Of a stretch of 64,000 nucleotides of DNA, positions 1 to 14,280 are shown piece by piece (the first letter of the stretch is position 1; every line of letters begins with the position of its first letter). The notes beneath the pieces were generated by a model. That model had not been told where the DNA came from, made no database searches, and worked only from the letters and a program-made list of their open reading frames with translations. This stretch comes from Octopus sinensis (Eukaryota): assembly GCF_006345805.1 (NCBI RefSeq), contig NC_043008.1, forward strand, positions 60,636,001 through 60,700,000, written 5' to 3'. The position numbers and the translations under genes were made by a program.

Positions 1-1134
1 TACTGTGCTAAATATCAGCTAATCCCTCGAGTTGGAGGGAATCGTGGCAGAATGACTTGTCCTAATTAGACTTGTTGCAGTTACAGCCAGGTTATTTTGT
101 TTTATCCCCAAGATGCAAAGTGTTAGAGTTACCATTGAGTTGCCCTCAATAGATTGCATAAGGGTAAAAATGTTACTGAATCAAACCAGTGATGCAATCT
201 TGAGAGATTTATAACTGATTTTTTCTCCCAGTAAAATGCTTAAATGCAAAATAGCAATCGTCAATCCCATGAGACAAAGTATGAGATTAGAATATAGTTT
301 GCCCTCGGTGAACAAAATGATGCCAAGTTCGTCAGTGTTGCCTCCACGGCACGTTAGTACTGATTTCGTCTTCACTAAACTGCGTCACGATGTTACGGCT
401 ACAACTATCACGACATAACAGAACTTGAGTTTGAATAGAAACGTTAGTTGACTACCCAACACTTAGTGTCTAGTTTTCATTTCACCTTAATTTTAAAGAT
501 TATGTAAATTCCAAACACCAAAATATTTAGCTAGCTTCCTGAACACCCAATTACGCAACGAGAGTCCTTTTTACCATGGTAAGTCATGATAGTATCGGAT
601 TAATCTTTAGTAAACTACATATTGATGAATGCTGAAAGTGAGAACATAAACTATTGTAATTTTACTACATGGAGATTAAATAATGAACTCTCATTACTCA
701 GAAAGCGTACCTTTCTGGACTATTTACCTCTTTCAGATATTTCACATGTAAATCATTTTCACTGCTGTGACTAAGATTAATTTCCGTCTTTTGATCAGAA
801 CTTTAGCATTCTGATATAAGTAGAGACGAATACTAGACTTAGTTGAGTTTCCAGGGTGCTACAGAATAAAACATACCGACGGTCTACTGTTCAACTTCGA
901 TTAAGCTGCTTTAAATCTAATCAAAAGCTGTAATCTGTAACTATTAGCTAATATATTTAATATTTGCTGGTATAGTCACACGAAAACCGCAGGAGGGAAT
1001 CGCAGTTCTATTATCTGATTAAATCATTTCTTGATAGGAAAAAATTCCTGCTACATGGAAGTTTAGAGAGCACTCTTGGAAGTCTCAGTCTATACATTAT
1101 TAATACGTACAAGAACAGCAATGAAAATAATTGT

Positions 1135-1350
1135 TTTGAATTCTTGGCATAAGGACAGCAATTTTAAGGTGAGGAGGCAAGGCCACATCATCGACTAACA
1201 GTGGTCAACTCGTACTTATGTGATCGACCCCGATTCGATGAAAGGCAAAGGCGATCTGAGTGAGATTTGCACCCAGAACATAAAGCCGGAAGAAATGCTG
1301 CCAAGCGTTTTAGCCGACGCTCTAACGATTTTTCCAGTTTCTCACTTCCT
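1135..1350 (-). mobile_element. Diverged family B tRNA-derived SINE
   Basis: The minus strand reads ...gaaaaatcgttagagcgtcggctaaaacgcttggcagcattt...gcctttgcctttcatcgaatcggggtcgatcacataagtacgagttg, matching the family B copies at 20028 and 41943. It abuts an (AAT)n tract. Confidence 0.75.
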
Positions 1351-1571
1351 ATAATACTAATGACAATACTACTACTACTACTACTACTACTACTACCACT
1401 ACTACTAATAATAATAATAATAATAATAATACTGATAATATTGATAATAATAATGATTATACTAATAATAATGATAATAATAATAATAATATTAATAATA
1501 GTAATAATAATAATAATAACAATGATAATAATAGTGATAATGATAATGATAATAATGATAATAATAATAAT

Positions 1572-1639
<68 letters not shown>

Positions 1640-1845
1640 GGATAATAGGAGTCGGGAAGACACTCGGCAAGAAATGGAAGCAAATTTGAAAGAAGAAAAA
1701 AAAAGTAATAAAAAAAAATTAATAATAATAACAATAATAACGATAATGATAACACTACTACTACTTCCACAACAACTACTACACTACTTCTACTACTACT
1801 ACTACTGCTACTACTAATACTACTAATAATAATGATAATAATCTG
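1351..1845. repeat. Compound trinucleotide microsatellite (ACT/AAT/GAT/AAC)
   Basis: Directly visible; it is the source of the poly-I/L/T ORFs at 1188-1770. Confidence 0.97.
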
Positions 1846-2544
1846 CTGAATATTGAATTACTAGAAGTGCCTTTTTCTGGTTTCACGAATTGAACTTAGA
1901 ACTCGGTATTACAAGCTAACGTATTCTAGCTTTGTTGCTACAGCATAGAGCAATGTATTATGCCGCTACACTGCCTATTTAGAGGGAAGTCGTCTCATCT
2001 ATTCATAGTTAATTGTCTTTGTCATGGACAGAACTCTGTGCCAGGAACAGCCAATCACTAGGTTGGTTTCCAATATCTTCTTAACTTGGCTCAATTCTTC
2101 ACCTAACTGTAAATAGCTAGGATGGTTTACTACAACAGAGATGTCAAAATGGTGAGTATTGTATAAATTTACGATCGTGACTTTATTTGGATTGCCAAGT
2201 TAAAATCCTTTTCTTGGCTAGGGTCATGATAGATGCTTTCAGACAGTTGACCTACTTTAACAATTGCATTAAGCAACAACACGATATGAAATAATCAAAA
2301 GCAAAAATCAGAATTAAAGTACACAGTATAACAGGAGAATATTGGGTTGTTTGTTAACGTATGGTGTAGTAGGTGTGAGGCAGAGACAATATGGTAAAAT
2401 ATGAGAAACAGAATAGAGATTACTTGCAAGAAATCTATGAACTAATCTTATATGTTTGCTCTTCTCCTATCCGTTTGTTTATCTTACTGTCTATTCCTCT
2501 GTTTGTGTGCGCGCTTATATTACATTATATTATGTTATAGTATA

Positions 2545-2546
2545 TG

Positions 2547-2618
<72 letters not shown>

Positions 2619-2692
2619 ATATATATGTATGTAGATATATGTATGTATATATATAGGTATGTATATATATATATGCGTGTGTGTGTGTGTGC
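2545..2692. repeat. (TA)n(TG)n microsatellite
   Basis: Directly visible. Confidence 0.97.
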
Positions 2693-2757
2693 ATAGGTAT
2701 GGTGATGGAAACAGGAAAATAGAACTCAAAATATGAGAACGTATATAATAATGTTTA

Positions 2758-3189
2758 GGCGCAGGAGTGGCTGTGTGGTAAGTAGCTTGCTTACCAGCCA
2801 CATGGTTACGGGTTCAGTCCCACTGCGTGGCATCGTGGCCAAGTGTCTTCTACTATAGCCTCGGGCTGACCAAAGCCTTGCGAGTGGATTTGGTAGACGG
2901 AAACTGAAAGAAGCTCGTCGTATATATGTACACACACACACACACACAATATATATATATATGTATGTGTGTGTGTCTGTGTGTGTTTTTCCCCCTGGCA
3001 TTGCTTAACAACCGCTGCTGATGTGTTTATGTCCCCGTAACTTAGCGGTTCGGCAAAATAGACTGATAGAATAAGTATTAGGCTTACAAAGAATAAGTCC
3101 CGTGGTCGATGTGCTCGACTAAAGGCGGTGCTCCAGCATGGCTGCAGCCAAATGACTGAAACAAGCAAAAGAGTAGAAGAGAGTAAAAG
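2758..3189 (+). mobile_element. Full-length family A tRNA-derived SINE (bipartite, with internal TA/CA microsatellite)
   Basis: Head ggcgcaggagtggctgtgtggtaag...gggttcagtccc has A-box and B-box-like motifs. Body gtggatttggtagacggaaactgaaagaagc is followed by a central dinucleotide tract. The 3' half ends gctccagcatggctgcagccaaatgactgaaacaag plus an A-rich tail. About 12 copies occur in the window. Confidence 0.93.
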
Positions 3190-5020
3190 CAACACAGCAA
3201 CTCGGCGGCCGGGAGTTTCGTGCGTTGGCATTTATCAAATAAGTGCCAACTCCTGAAACTCTCGGTCCTTGAGTTACTGCGTTGCTTCTGCTAAACAGAC
3301 ACACACGCACACACACTCACAAACACACACACATACATATATGGAGAGTGGAAGAGAGAGACACACACACAGACACTCAAAAAGGCAAGCCGTATGTGGT
3401 CTACTATATGATATCGTGTTCAGTTACTCTGAGAAGCGCCTTGGCCAAGTCTCCACCACCATATGCTCAGATTAAATTTATATGCCTCATGATTAAATTT
3501 CAGAGGCAGAAATTGTATGGAAGTTGGTAACCCATACAATGACTTTGACTTGTAATTCAGAAGTACCAGCTTTGTTACACACTGCATCGTACTTACTCCA
3601 GTCTGAGATTTACGTTAAGATTTTACGCGTCTATAGGATACTCCATCTATACGTGACTTCAAAGAGTAGGCAGTTCACTTCACCGCACAATTGGTTTGCT
3701 CACCACCATCACTGATGAAAATTCACTCACACACGTATAACGTTGTGCATTTCTCTCTCTCTCTCTCTGTCTCCCTCTCTCTCCTTCTCTCTGTTTGTGT
3801 GTATTTACATAAGGCTTCCATTATGGGTGAGATATTGGAAGGAAATGCGATATAGTGATATAGTTAACGGGAGATAATAAAACAGAGATGTGCATTCTAT
3901 AATTAATGGAATTGGAAATCAAATAAATATATAAAGTATTAAATATCCTCCTCAAATGACATGCATGTCAATAGGAAGATAAGATTAATTATCAGACACT
4001 TTTTTTTACAGGTGCGCCAATCGTTGTTGTTGCTAACGAAAATTATATAGTCGTCTCTGAAAACGATGACTTCTATATGATATGGAAAAGTGATGGAGGT
4101 TGGAGTGGGTAGAGGTGAAGACTATTGATACAGATTAGAAAGGAAACGAAAGTATATCGGATGAAATTAAAGGATTTTTTGTTTTGTTTTCTGATTGTCG
4201 GTATCAATTCTTTTATTGATTAATGAGTGATATTAGCTGATAATAATTACTAAAATACATAGGAAGATAATTGAAAACAGTTCATGTTCTGCTGTTTAGT
4301 AAACTGATTCAGTTTTCAAAATTAAATATGAGGACAAATAATAAAACAGATCAATATTAGTTTTACTAATTGATAGAATAAATTTCAAAAAGACAAAAAA
4401 AAATATATTTGATTCCCAAATATCCCTTATCATAAAAAAAAAAAATCCATACCAGATAAAGTCTGTATTCTTTTTATGCTACATAACTTTGAAGAGTATG
4501 TTGTCTGTTAGAATGTTCCCAGCAATTAATTTTTACTTATTTTACAGATTGCCGGAATGATCAACAGCTTCATTGACATCAGTAGAATCTTAGCTGAAAA
4601 TATAATGTATATTACATAGCAAATGTTCTTCACCAACGCTCCCTGAACCCTTTTCTCAGAAGAATGTTAACGAATATCAAAAATTTGCAACAAGCCAAGG
4701 AATCGACGTAGGCAAATCAAATCAAGACAGCCAAAACTGGCCAAAAGAGTTGAACAGATGCTGCTGCACGACTTCGCTGGAACTCATAATTCTCAAGTCA
4801 CTAATCCATAATCAACGGAGCTAATGTTTTATGTAATTTCACCGCTTGCTCTTAACTTAGCTAACAATCTCAACGCAATAAAAACTTTTGAAATGTTTGG
4901 ATTATACAAAAGATAAAATGCAAAACAAACCGCCTGACTACTTCTAAATATTTTCTTGTGAACATCAAATAGAATAAACGAAATTAGTGACAATGTAACA
5001 TTGATCATTTTGAACCATAT

Positions 5021-5279
5021 GAAAATAAAAGTAAATGCGCTCATTTAAAGCCTAGCCAGGCTCATGGGCCCGGTTTCTCGGTTTCAATGGCGTATGCGTT
5101 ACCCAGCCGGACTAGACGCCAGTTCATCGCAGCGTTACTCATTTTTGCTAGCTGAGCGGACTGGAGCAACATGAAAGTGTTTTACTCAAGAACACAACGC
5201 GTCGCCCGGTCCAGGAATCGAAACTACAATCTTACGATCGGGATGCTGACACCCTAACCACTAAACCACGCGCCTCCAC
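5021..5279 (-). mobile_element. Family C-related tRNA SINE with V-domain-like 3' tail and 12-bp TSD
   Basis: Minus-strand head gtggaggcgcgtggtttagtggttagggtg...gtttcgattcctgg; tail gctgcgatgaactggcgtctagtcc...gggcccatgagcctggctagg. Flanking direct repeat tttgaaccatat at 5009-5020 and 5280-5291. Confidence 0.9.
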
Positions 5280-5601
5280 TTTGAACCATATAAGATTTAC
5301 ATAACTGATAAGTTTGCAAATTAAAAAGAAACAAATCTACGATAAAAAAAAATGGCCAATTCGAAGAAAATGCATTAAATTCGTACAGTATATAGTTCTA
5401 CAGAGGTAAATGTGGTTTTACAAAACCGAGACAAGTATTTAACTACAGAATATCTTTCATGTAGGAGGTTCAGGATAAAGGCCATTCTAACCGTGGCAAT
5501 CCCATTTATCTTTAATTGCATTAGCTGAGACTAATCTGACAGCTACTGCACTTATGCGGTGAAAATTCGGAGTGGTTCCCAAGCCGGATTAAAATTACAG
5601 A

Positions 5602-5858
5602 ATATTTGAGAGATGAATGAGTGCCTCGGGTGCGAAAGGCACATGGAATGATACGGGTGAAACGAAAATGGCCAAGCTAAATGAAACTTAGATAGAAGTT
5701 GCATTTATATGTATTTCTCTAATTAAAATATGTAAGAACATATGAGAGATGAATGAGCTGCTTAAATGCCAAAGACACAAGAGAGAAGACAGCACAATTA
5801 AAATGACGAAGCCAAAGAAACTAATTGATTGGAAGTTACATTAATATGTATTTCTATA
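5602..5858. repeat. Old two-copy tandem duplication (~137-bp period)
   Basis: tgagagatgaatgag...gaagttgcatttatatgtatttct (5602-5720) recurs as tgagagatgaatgag...gaagttacattaatatgtatttct (5740-5858). Confidence 0.7.
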
Positions 5859-6324
5859 CTCGAGGTAGTATAGCTCACATCCTTTACGAAAAAGCAGGAA
5901 GATAGGAGTCACAGAACGAACTGCCGAAATTGGCAGTGGGGATAAAATTGATAAAATATTCAGGTTCCCCAACCGCAAGCATGTTTCGGAAACATGACAT
6001 TTCATTATCCAGTATATCCTCCCTTTATTTCAAAGAAAATTGTGATTTAAGGAAGATTTAGCTACGATTTCTATGTGCTTCAGTGACTGTATACAGAAAC
6101 GTCCAACATCTTCATTACGTTTTCGTACGCAACCAATATGAGCTACGCAACGGATTGATTTTTGGAACATTGCAATCAACGAAACTACTTTCAAAAGCAT
6201 TTCAACCTTTGTCCTTCAAGCTTTATAATGGGGAATATATTCTGATTTTCAAAATAAAGGGTAAAGGTAGAACTTACGACTGTATATTCTAGAAAGGTTT
6301 GTAGAACGTTCTTTTTATATTATA

Positions 6325-6716
6325 CTAGCAGTATCGCCCGGCGTTGCTCGGGTTTGTAAGGGAAATAACTATACAGCATTTTTAGAGAGTTATAGCCAAA
6401 AAATAGCAAAAAAATGCTTTAAAAATGGAAAAAATATGATGGTAAATTTTTTTTAAATCGTTGACTCATCGTAAACATTTTTAGAGAGTTACTTCCCTTT
6501 AAAAAAATATGCATGAAAATGGAAAAAAATGATGGTAAATTATTTTTAAAATCGTAGACTCATCGTACACGCGCGCTAATACCCGGAAGGGCTCATATGA
6601 ATCACGACTATAAGATACCCGGTTTTGGTTAAACTGCACCGCAAAATGTGGGAGTAGTTAGGAATCTAAATCGAAGGGGACAGACACTCACACAACTACA
6701 GTTTTATATATAAAGA
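6325..6716 (-). mobile_element. Non-autonomous Helitron
   Basis: The minus strand starts A|TCTTTATATATAAAA. It ends with the GC hairpin cccgagcaacgccggg about 8 nt before CTAG|T. It is inserted between A and T without a TSD and has an internal ~100-bp direct repeat (6377-6475 / 6476-6566). Confidence 0.85.
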
Positions 6717-7525
6717 TACAGCTCTTACGCTGCAAGTTTTCATATATGTTGCAGTGTCGCAGTTTGTGCCACGTCTTCTTAAGGATAAAAAATAAATATG
6801 ATACGCCAGATGGTAAAACAGTAAGAAATAAACGAACAGAGATCGGGATGAATAGAAATGAGACAAGGAGGGACACAGAAGAGACAGGGTGAGAGAGAGA
6901 AAGAGAGGGAAAAAGAGAGCGAAAGGAGGAAATATAGGATAAAGAATAGAGAGGGGGAGGCAATGAAAACGAAGAGAGAGGGGGAATAAAGAGGAGAAGG
7001 GATAGGATAGATTTTTTTTTATAAAGTTGAATGTTTACATCATGACAGTGGTTCAAGTAGATAAATTAAGGACCTGGTAGAATCCAGTCGATGATATTAA
7101 AGCAATGAATATATGCAACTAAGAATCGAAGTACTGTACTGTTGAAGCCTGTAGGAACAGAACATTGTTTTTGCACCTCGTTCGGTGTCGGTTGCAATTG
7201 CAGATAAGTATTTAAATACTCTGCAAGAGCATGAAGTTGTTTTGACTAAAGTGTGCGTGTGTGTGGATATATAAATGATGGAAATCTCTGTAAGTATATG
7301 AAATCCGCGACTGCTGTAAACAGTGAGACAGTACTACGAAGTGACCCCACTTCATCAGCCGTCTAAATTAGAATTCTTACGAATCAGGGTCGCATTCATT
7401 AAAACCAGCAGCCTACCAAATGGGATCTCAGTTCAGAAAAGTATCAGAAAAGCAATTTCACTATGTATAATTTATGTTAAAGAAGATAAACAAATACAAG
7501 ATATTGTAAGGGAGTAAAAATATAA

Positions 7526-7557
<32 letters not shown>

Positions 7558-7819
7558 ATGTATAATCGTGTATGTGTGGTGCGTGTGCGAACGCGCGTAA
7601 ATGATAATAATCTCAACAGAATTTTGCAATACCAATTAGGATAATAATCTTAAAGCGAGTATACTGCAAGCCTAGATTTTCCCTCCACAGACGTGACTCT
7701 GATCACCTAGGGCGAAACAAAATACCCTTGTTTAGGATTCCATGTTATGCATTAAAAATCTCTCCCTCGTTCTCTGCCTGTCTAACTCTCTCTCCTTTCT
7801 TGTTCACTTTCTCCCTCTG

Positions 7820-7865
7820 TATATATATATAATATATATATATATATATTATATATATATTGTAA

Positions 7866-7908
<43 letters not shown>

Positions 7909-8015
7909 ATATATACATATATATATATATATGTATATATATAATATGTATATATATTATATATGTATTATATATATATACATATATATATGTATATATA
8001 ATATATACATATATG

Positions 8016-8057
<42 letters not shown>

Positions 8058-8090
8058 TGTATATATATACATATATGTTATATATATACA

Positions 8091-8125
<35 letters not shown>

Positions 8126-8139
8126 ACATACATGTATAC

Positions 8140-8176
<37 letters not shown>

Positions 8177-8464
8177 ACATACATGTAATACATATATATA
8201 TTATATACATATATATATATATATACATACATGTATACATATATATTATATATATACATATATATATATACATATATATATATACATATATATATATATA
8301 CATATATATATAACATATATATATATACATATATATATATACATATATATATATACATATATATATATAATATATATATATACATATATATATACATATA
8401 TACATATATATACATATATATATATATTATATATAGATATATATATATATATATATATATATAT
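7820..8464. repeat. Long interrupted (TA)n microsatellite
   Basis: Directly visible; gives the YIYI ORFs. Confidence 0.98.
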
Positions 8465-9094
8465 CAAACAACTAGAGAAAGAAGAACTGGATGACTGCAA
8501 TTCGGGATTTTATTATTTCGTTTTACACTATACAATACGGGTTTTAGGCTTACTTAATTGGGTATTCATAGATCTCACAACGGACTATAAATGCAGGTAG
8601 AAGATAATATCGTTCAGTTTTCAATGATTTCCCAACAGCTAACTTTTTAGCAATGACGCAATTTTCTTCTACGCTAATAAGTTCCATACAGTATTCTTCA
8701 CACAGCAGGTTAAACCTGACTCCTCTGCGTAAGAAGATTTATTACAGATATTCTGCTTAGCTTGTTTGTTATCTAGAACTCTGCCAAGCATCTAAGGGGT
8801 TTCAGCTGACAGAGATCAAATGATTCCCATCTTTCGCACTGAAAGAAATAGCTAAGATTCTCATGTCAGATTGCTGGAACAGAAATACTAATAATAAAGA
8901 GACATAACAGATACAGTTAAGTATATATTATGTATATGTACACATGGTTGGTGTGTGCGCGCGTTCGCAAATAAATGATGCAATAACAAGTCTTTAAACA
9001 TACATGCTTATACAGAGCAAGCATTAAATACATATATAATATATGTTTGCGTGTGTGTGTGTGTGTGTTTCTGTGTGTGTGTGTGTGAGTGTGC

Positions 9095-9137
<43 letters not shown>

Positions 9138-9139
9138 GG

Positions 9140-9968
9140 AAATAACATTGACAACTCATTTTAATAGATATATTTACCAAAATTGCATAAATATCTTGAA
9201 ATACTTAAGAGTAAATCTATTAAATAAAATGGCTATTGGCTTCAAGCAAGGCCTCGGGGGACTACGGAATCTCTTGCAACTCTTCTGTTTAAGTTGGTGA
9301 ATGCTGCCATAATCCTGGTCTTCAGTTAATCTTTAGTATTACAAAGCGTTTGTTGGTCTCTCGCTCTACTGCGCCCCACACGTACTAGGCAAGGGAGTCG
9401 CAGCCTGGGAAGTTAGGTGCTCAATTGTTAGGGGTGATGTGTTCGTAGAAATTTTCTGACAGCCATAACTGGGATCACCTGCTTGTGTGCCATGGTGCAA
9501 AATCCTGTTGCCAGACATAGGGTCCTCCAGTAGCTACTGCCTTGACTCAGGCAGATCTACCTCCTCCAGGCACTTGATATAGTCTCCATGATCAGTCTCA
9601 GGCTGTGTGACAAGATGAATGTAGACATAACGTCGCCATCACAAGTGATCACTCCAAACACCATGATGTTCATTGGATGATTGATTTTTATCACACTCGG
9701 TATATGTTTTGGTGATAATCTGTCCTCAGACTGATACCCAAACATTCTGAAATGTTCGTGTTGTAACTACCGGTGCGAATGCCAAGCCCTACAGCATGTC
9801 GTCTTCAAATTTCTGGCAAGGTGAATTGCGTAATTGTGTTGTTTTCCTCATAGACGGTACTCAACCGAAACTACTGTACTGTGTTGCCGAAAAAATTAAA
9901 ATTTAGAAGTGCCCATGTGCAAAATTGAAAATATAATGTGGCAACAATTTACCTATCGCATCCTTTGT
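9140..9968 (-). pseudogene. Decayed Tc1/mariner-superfamily transposase, DD37D (maT/Bmmar1-like) type
   Basis: Minus-strand translation across stops and frameshifts: HPMNIMVFGVITCDGDVM...GGPYVWQQDFAPWHTSR*SQLWLSENFYEHITPNN*APNFPGCDSLA*YVWGAVERETNK. There are 37 residues between the QQD aspartate and the third catalytic position (now GCC). A TIR-like end lies near 9940-9968. Confidence 0.85.
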
Positions 9969-10028
9969 ATATATAATATATATATATACACACATACACT
10001 CAATTATACCTAGGTCTCTCTCTCTCTA

Positions 10029-10060
<32 letters not shown>

Positions 10061-10222
10061 TACTCACACATATATCGAGGTTCATATACCACTTCGCCTG
10101 TCTCAGATATTCGCTCTTATCTAGTATCATACTCACATACAAATACGTACATGAAGCACAATACTTAGTAACCCTCCACATACAAAGACGCATACACGTG
10201 CACGCCATATATATATACATAC

Positions 10223-10258
<36 letters not shown>

Positions 10259-10857
10259 GTGTGTATATATATATATATATTATATATATATATTATATAT
10301 ATATATTATATATATATATACATACATACACACACACATACACACATATATATATATATATATTCGCATACAATCATACACATATGTGCATGTGAGGCGG
10401 CAAATATCTTAGATGTATGTAATGGGAACCAAAACTGTACTCAAACGTCTAATACTTTCTGTACTGTTCTCGCATATGAAAGGTTTTGCGCAGAGTTCCT
10501 GTAATTTTTTCATATCTTACAAGTAAATCCAATTTCTTCTTGTGAGATAAAAATCATTCTAGAAACTTAACATCGTTAACTGGCAGCAGTTCACTTTTAT
10601 TAATGTTAATTGTCGATTATTGTTTTAACGCAATCTCATTATTACTTATTAGCTCTATATTATTGTAAAAATGGTAACATTAGCTTTTTGAAACACAAGT
10701 CACAGTATAGCTGGATATCACTGAAAAAATATTCTGTTTAAATTGGTATGACTCTTTTTAAATATTTATAATTTTGATTGTTTTACCACCAAGTCAACCC
10801 TAACTGAATTGATCAATAAGGAACAGCATTATAGCTGTTAATATACAATTTCCATAA

Positions 10858-11055
10858 GGCGGCGTGCTGATAGAATCGTTAGCACGCCGGGAAAAATGCT
10901 TAGATGCATTTCATCCGCCTTTAATTCCCTGAGGTCGACTTTGCTTTTCCTCCTTTTCAGGGTAGATAAAGGAAGTATATCAGTTGATCACTGGGGGCGA
11001 TGTAATCGACTAAACACCTCCCTCAAAATTGCTGGCATCGTGCCAAAATTTCAAA
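10858..11055 (+). mobile_element. Family B SINE (further fragments to ~11250 in both orientations)
   Basis: ggcggcgtgctgatagaatcgttagcacgccggg...gaggtcgactttgc...cactgggggcgatgtaatcgact...attgctggcatcgtgccaaaattt. Confidence 0.85.
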
Positions 11056-11984
11056 TGAATATGCGACTTTCGATTCGTCCGTCTTTTTGTTCTAAGTTCA
11101 AATTCCGTCGATGAAAAACTTGCTTTGCATCCTTTTATGGATCGATGAAATATGTACCAGCCGATTGATTAAATCGATCCCGATATACAACTGGTACGTA
11201 TCCTATCTATTCCATAAAGATGGAAGGCGAAATCAGCCTCGGCGGGTATGTACAAAAAGAACCAAAAACGAAAATGACAAAAATATTACAGCTGCAATAA
11301 ATATTGAAACCGGAACGTCACAACGATTCTATATTGTTAAACGACAAAAATTATAATTCAAAAGGGAGCTCGGAATACGCGAAAGCGTTTTCAAAAGTTT
11401 TTAACAAGTTCTTGTTTCACGATAGCACATTATTCATTGTAACTACAAATACAAATCTGTAGGTAAAAAGTGGTATTCAAATCCTCTTAAAAGAACGTGA
11501 TGGGTGGTCTGAATACGTGGATTCGTTGGAAATATCCGAAATTGGAAACTATTATTACTACAATGATATTTGCAATGAAAATAATCTACATTAATATAAA
11601 TTTCTGTTCTACAAAGTGTGAAAACGATAAAGACGGGTGAAAACAATGAAGTTAAAATGAGTTTCAGAAAAATATCAAATACAAGAAAGCTACATTGCTT
11701 AGAGAACTGTTACTTATCGAAATAGATATAGCTTAACAGCAAATTCACTTCAGAATAAATATTCGGAAAAGAAGTAGATACAATAGAAATACGTTGAAAT
11801 TTATACTCATATTTTTAAAATGTCATTAAAATAAAGCAACATGTAAATAATATTGTACAAATTTTGGTTGATTTATTTATTTTTTAATCAAGATTCTAAT
11901 AATAACTGCTTTATTGATTTTTTAGATCATTTCACAGAATCAGCTACCGAACAAAGAAGAGACTAAATTAAAACAGTCATATAG

Positions 11985-12015
<31 letters not shown>

Positions 12016-12065
12016 ATATATATATAATATATATATATATATATGTTATATACGATATGACATAT

Positions 12066-12107
<42 letters not shown>

Positions 12108-12277
12108 ACATATATATATATACCTTTACATACATACAAAGAAACAGACATGCATACTTTTTCACATATGAATGATCACGAGCACCATCCATTTTTTTCT
12201 ATCAGTGGCTCTTTCCTCTCAATTATCTAAATGCTATTCTCTATAGATTTAACTTCGAGTTTCTCCGTTCTCTGTAC

Positions 12278-12361
<84 letters not shown>

Positions 12362-12789
12362 ACGCGCGTGCATTTGTGTATGCGCACGTAGATGCAGGAG
12401 TGTATATCTACACACACACGTTTTCATACATTCATGCATGGACATAATGGATACATACTATATATTTTATAAATATATAATTACAAATGTATAAACACTT
12501 ATATGCATAGTCATGTAAGCAAATGTAAATGAATTGATATATATATATATACATGCTCGCTAACAAAATTGTGTATTTTTCTCTTTGTACATGCATATAT
12601 AGATATATATGCATGCATACATGTGTGCATAATCTCAGATTTAATTCAGTTTGATATGGGCACACACCAACCTCAGGACTATTTCGTCACTTACTAAATG
12701 TTGCTGATTAAGGAATGAACATAATATACACCTATGTTTTAGAACCATTTACATTTTGTTTTTCTATCAATCCTGCATATATTATAAAC

Positions 12790-12835
12790 ATATATATATA
12801 TATATAATTAATTTAATATATATATATATAATTAA

Positions 12836-12874
<39 letters not shown>

Positions 12875-13185
12875 TTTTAATATATATATAATTATATATA
12901 TATAATTATTTAAATATATATTATATATATAATTAATTTAATATATATATATAATTAATTTAATATATATATATATATATTATATAATTAATTTAATATA
13001 TATATATATATACATAATTAATTTAATATATATATATACATATATATATTAATTTAATATATATATATATAATTAAGTTAATATATACATATATATATAA
13101 TTAATTAATATATATATATAATATATATATAATTAATTTAATATATATGTATATATTATATATATATATATATTATATATATTAG
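12790..13185. repeat. Almost pure A/T minisatellite: (TA)n interspersed with attaatttaa
   Basis: The motif taattaatttaata recurs about a dozen times, separated by variable (TA)n. Confidence 0.9.
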
Positions 13186-13330
13186 TGTGTGTGAGTAGGT
13201 GTATGCATGTTTATTTAATTATATATAGAAAGTAATTAAATAATCATGCACACAGACACACTCACGCAAAAACGAACACAACACACATATAATTAAATCC
13301 ATACATACATGTACACACACATATACTTGA

Positions 13331-13361
<31 letters not shown>

Positions 13362-13416
13362 GTTAAATATATATTATATATATATACATAAATATATATG
13401 TGTATATATATATATG

Positions 13417-13498
<82 letters not shown>

Positions 13499-13580
13499 AT
13501 ATAAATATTTATATTATCCATAGCGCGCTAGTGTGCAGGCATATTTTCACGTTCAAACATAGCAATATTATATATATATA

Positions 13581-13629
<49 letters not shown>

Positions 13630-14280
13630 TTGTTATATACATAAAGTGAGGAATATAGAAAGGAGTGATAGAGAGAGGGAGAGAGCCAGAGGGCGATATC
13701 GATATTTTTTATGCATAAAATTATATTTTGACATAAGGTCTTTCGTTAGTTCTGATACTTTCGTTAACAAACCACACGCTGCAATCTGCATACTTTAGAA
13801 AATGTGCTTAATCTACCCAGAAATTCATACGAATAATAACAATGGTGAGTATTTATAAAATTGAAAAGTCTAGGAACAGAACTATAAGGAAAATAAAATA
13901 ATAAATAGAATAAAATAAATTAATAAATTAAGCACGCCAGAACGATGTTTTATGAATATTCAAAAGCTTATTATAAATTGAATGGAAAAAGCAGTGATGT
14001 AGTGCTGTGAAGCATGTTTAAATTTATTGTTCGTTTATATTGCTCATTGTAGAGAGTTGTGGTTTGTTTTTGATTATTTGCTGTTTGTGTTTTGTGGTGC
14101 GGAATTTGCTATATAACTGTATATAGTGCGTGCGTACGCGCGTGTGTGTGTGTGTGTATATATTCTTAGTCTGAAATAGGACACAAACACACCTACCCAT
14201 ACACATATATATTTGTTTTTACACATATACAGTTGCATATACAAATATATACAAATATATATATATCTATATATATAACA

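Noticed and set aside
236-418. 60-aa ORF downstream of an acceptor-like ttttttctcccag
   Set aside because: No recognisable domain or supporting exon structure; its length is within chance expectation.
13740-13850. Donor-like ATG|GTGAGT; micro-exon candidates also at ~30055-30091, 40890+ and 63772-63829
   Set aside because: Splice-like signals only; I could not assemble a consistent reading frame or recognisable protein.
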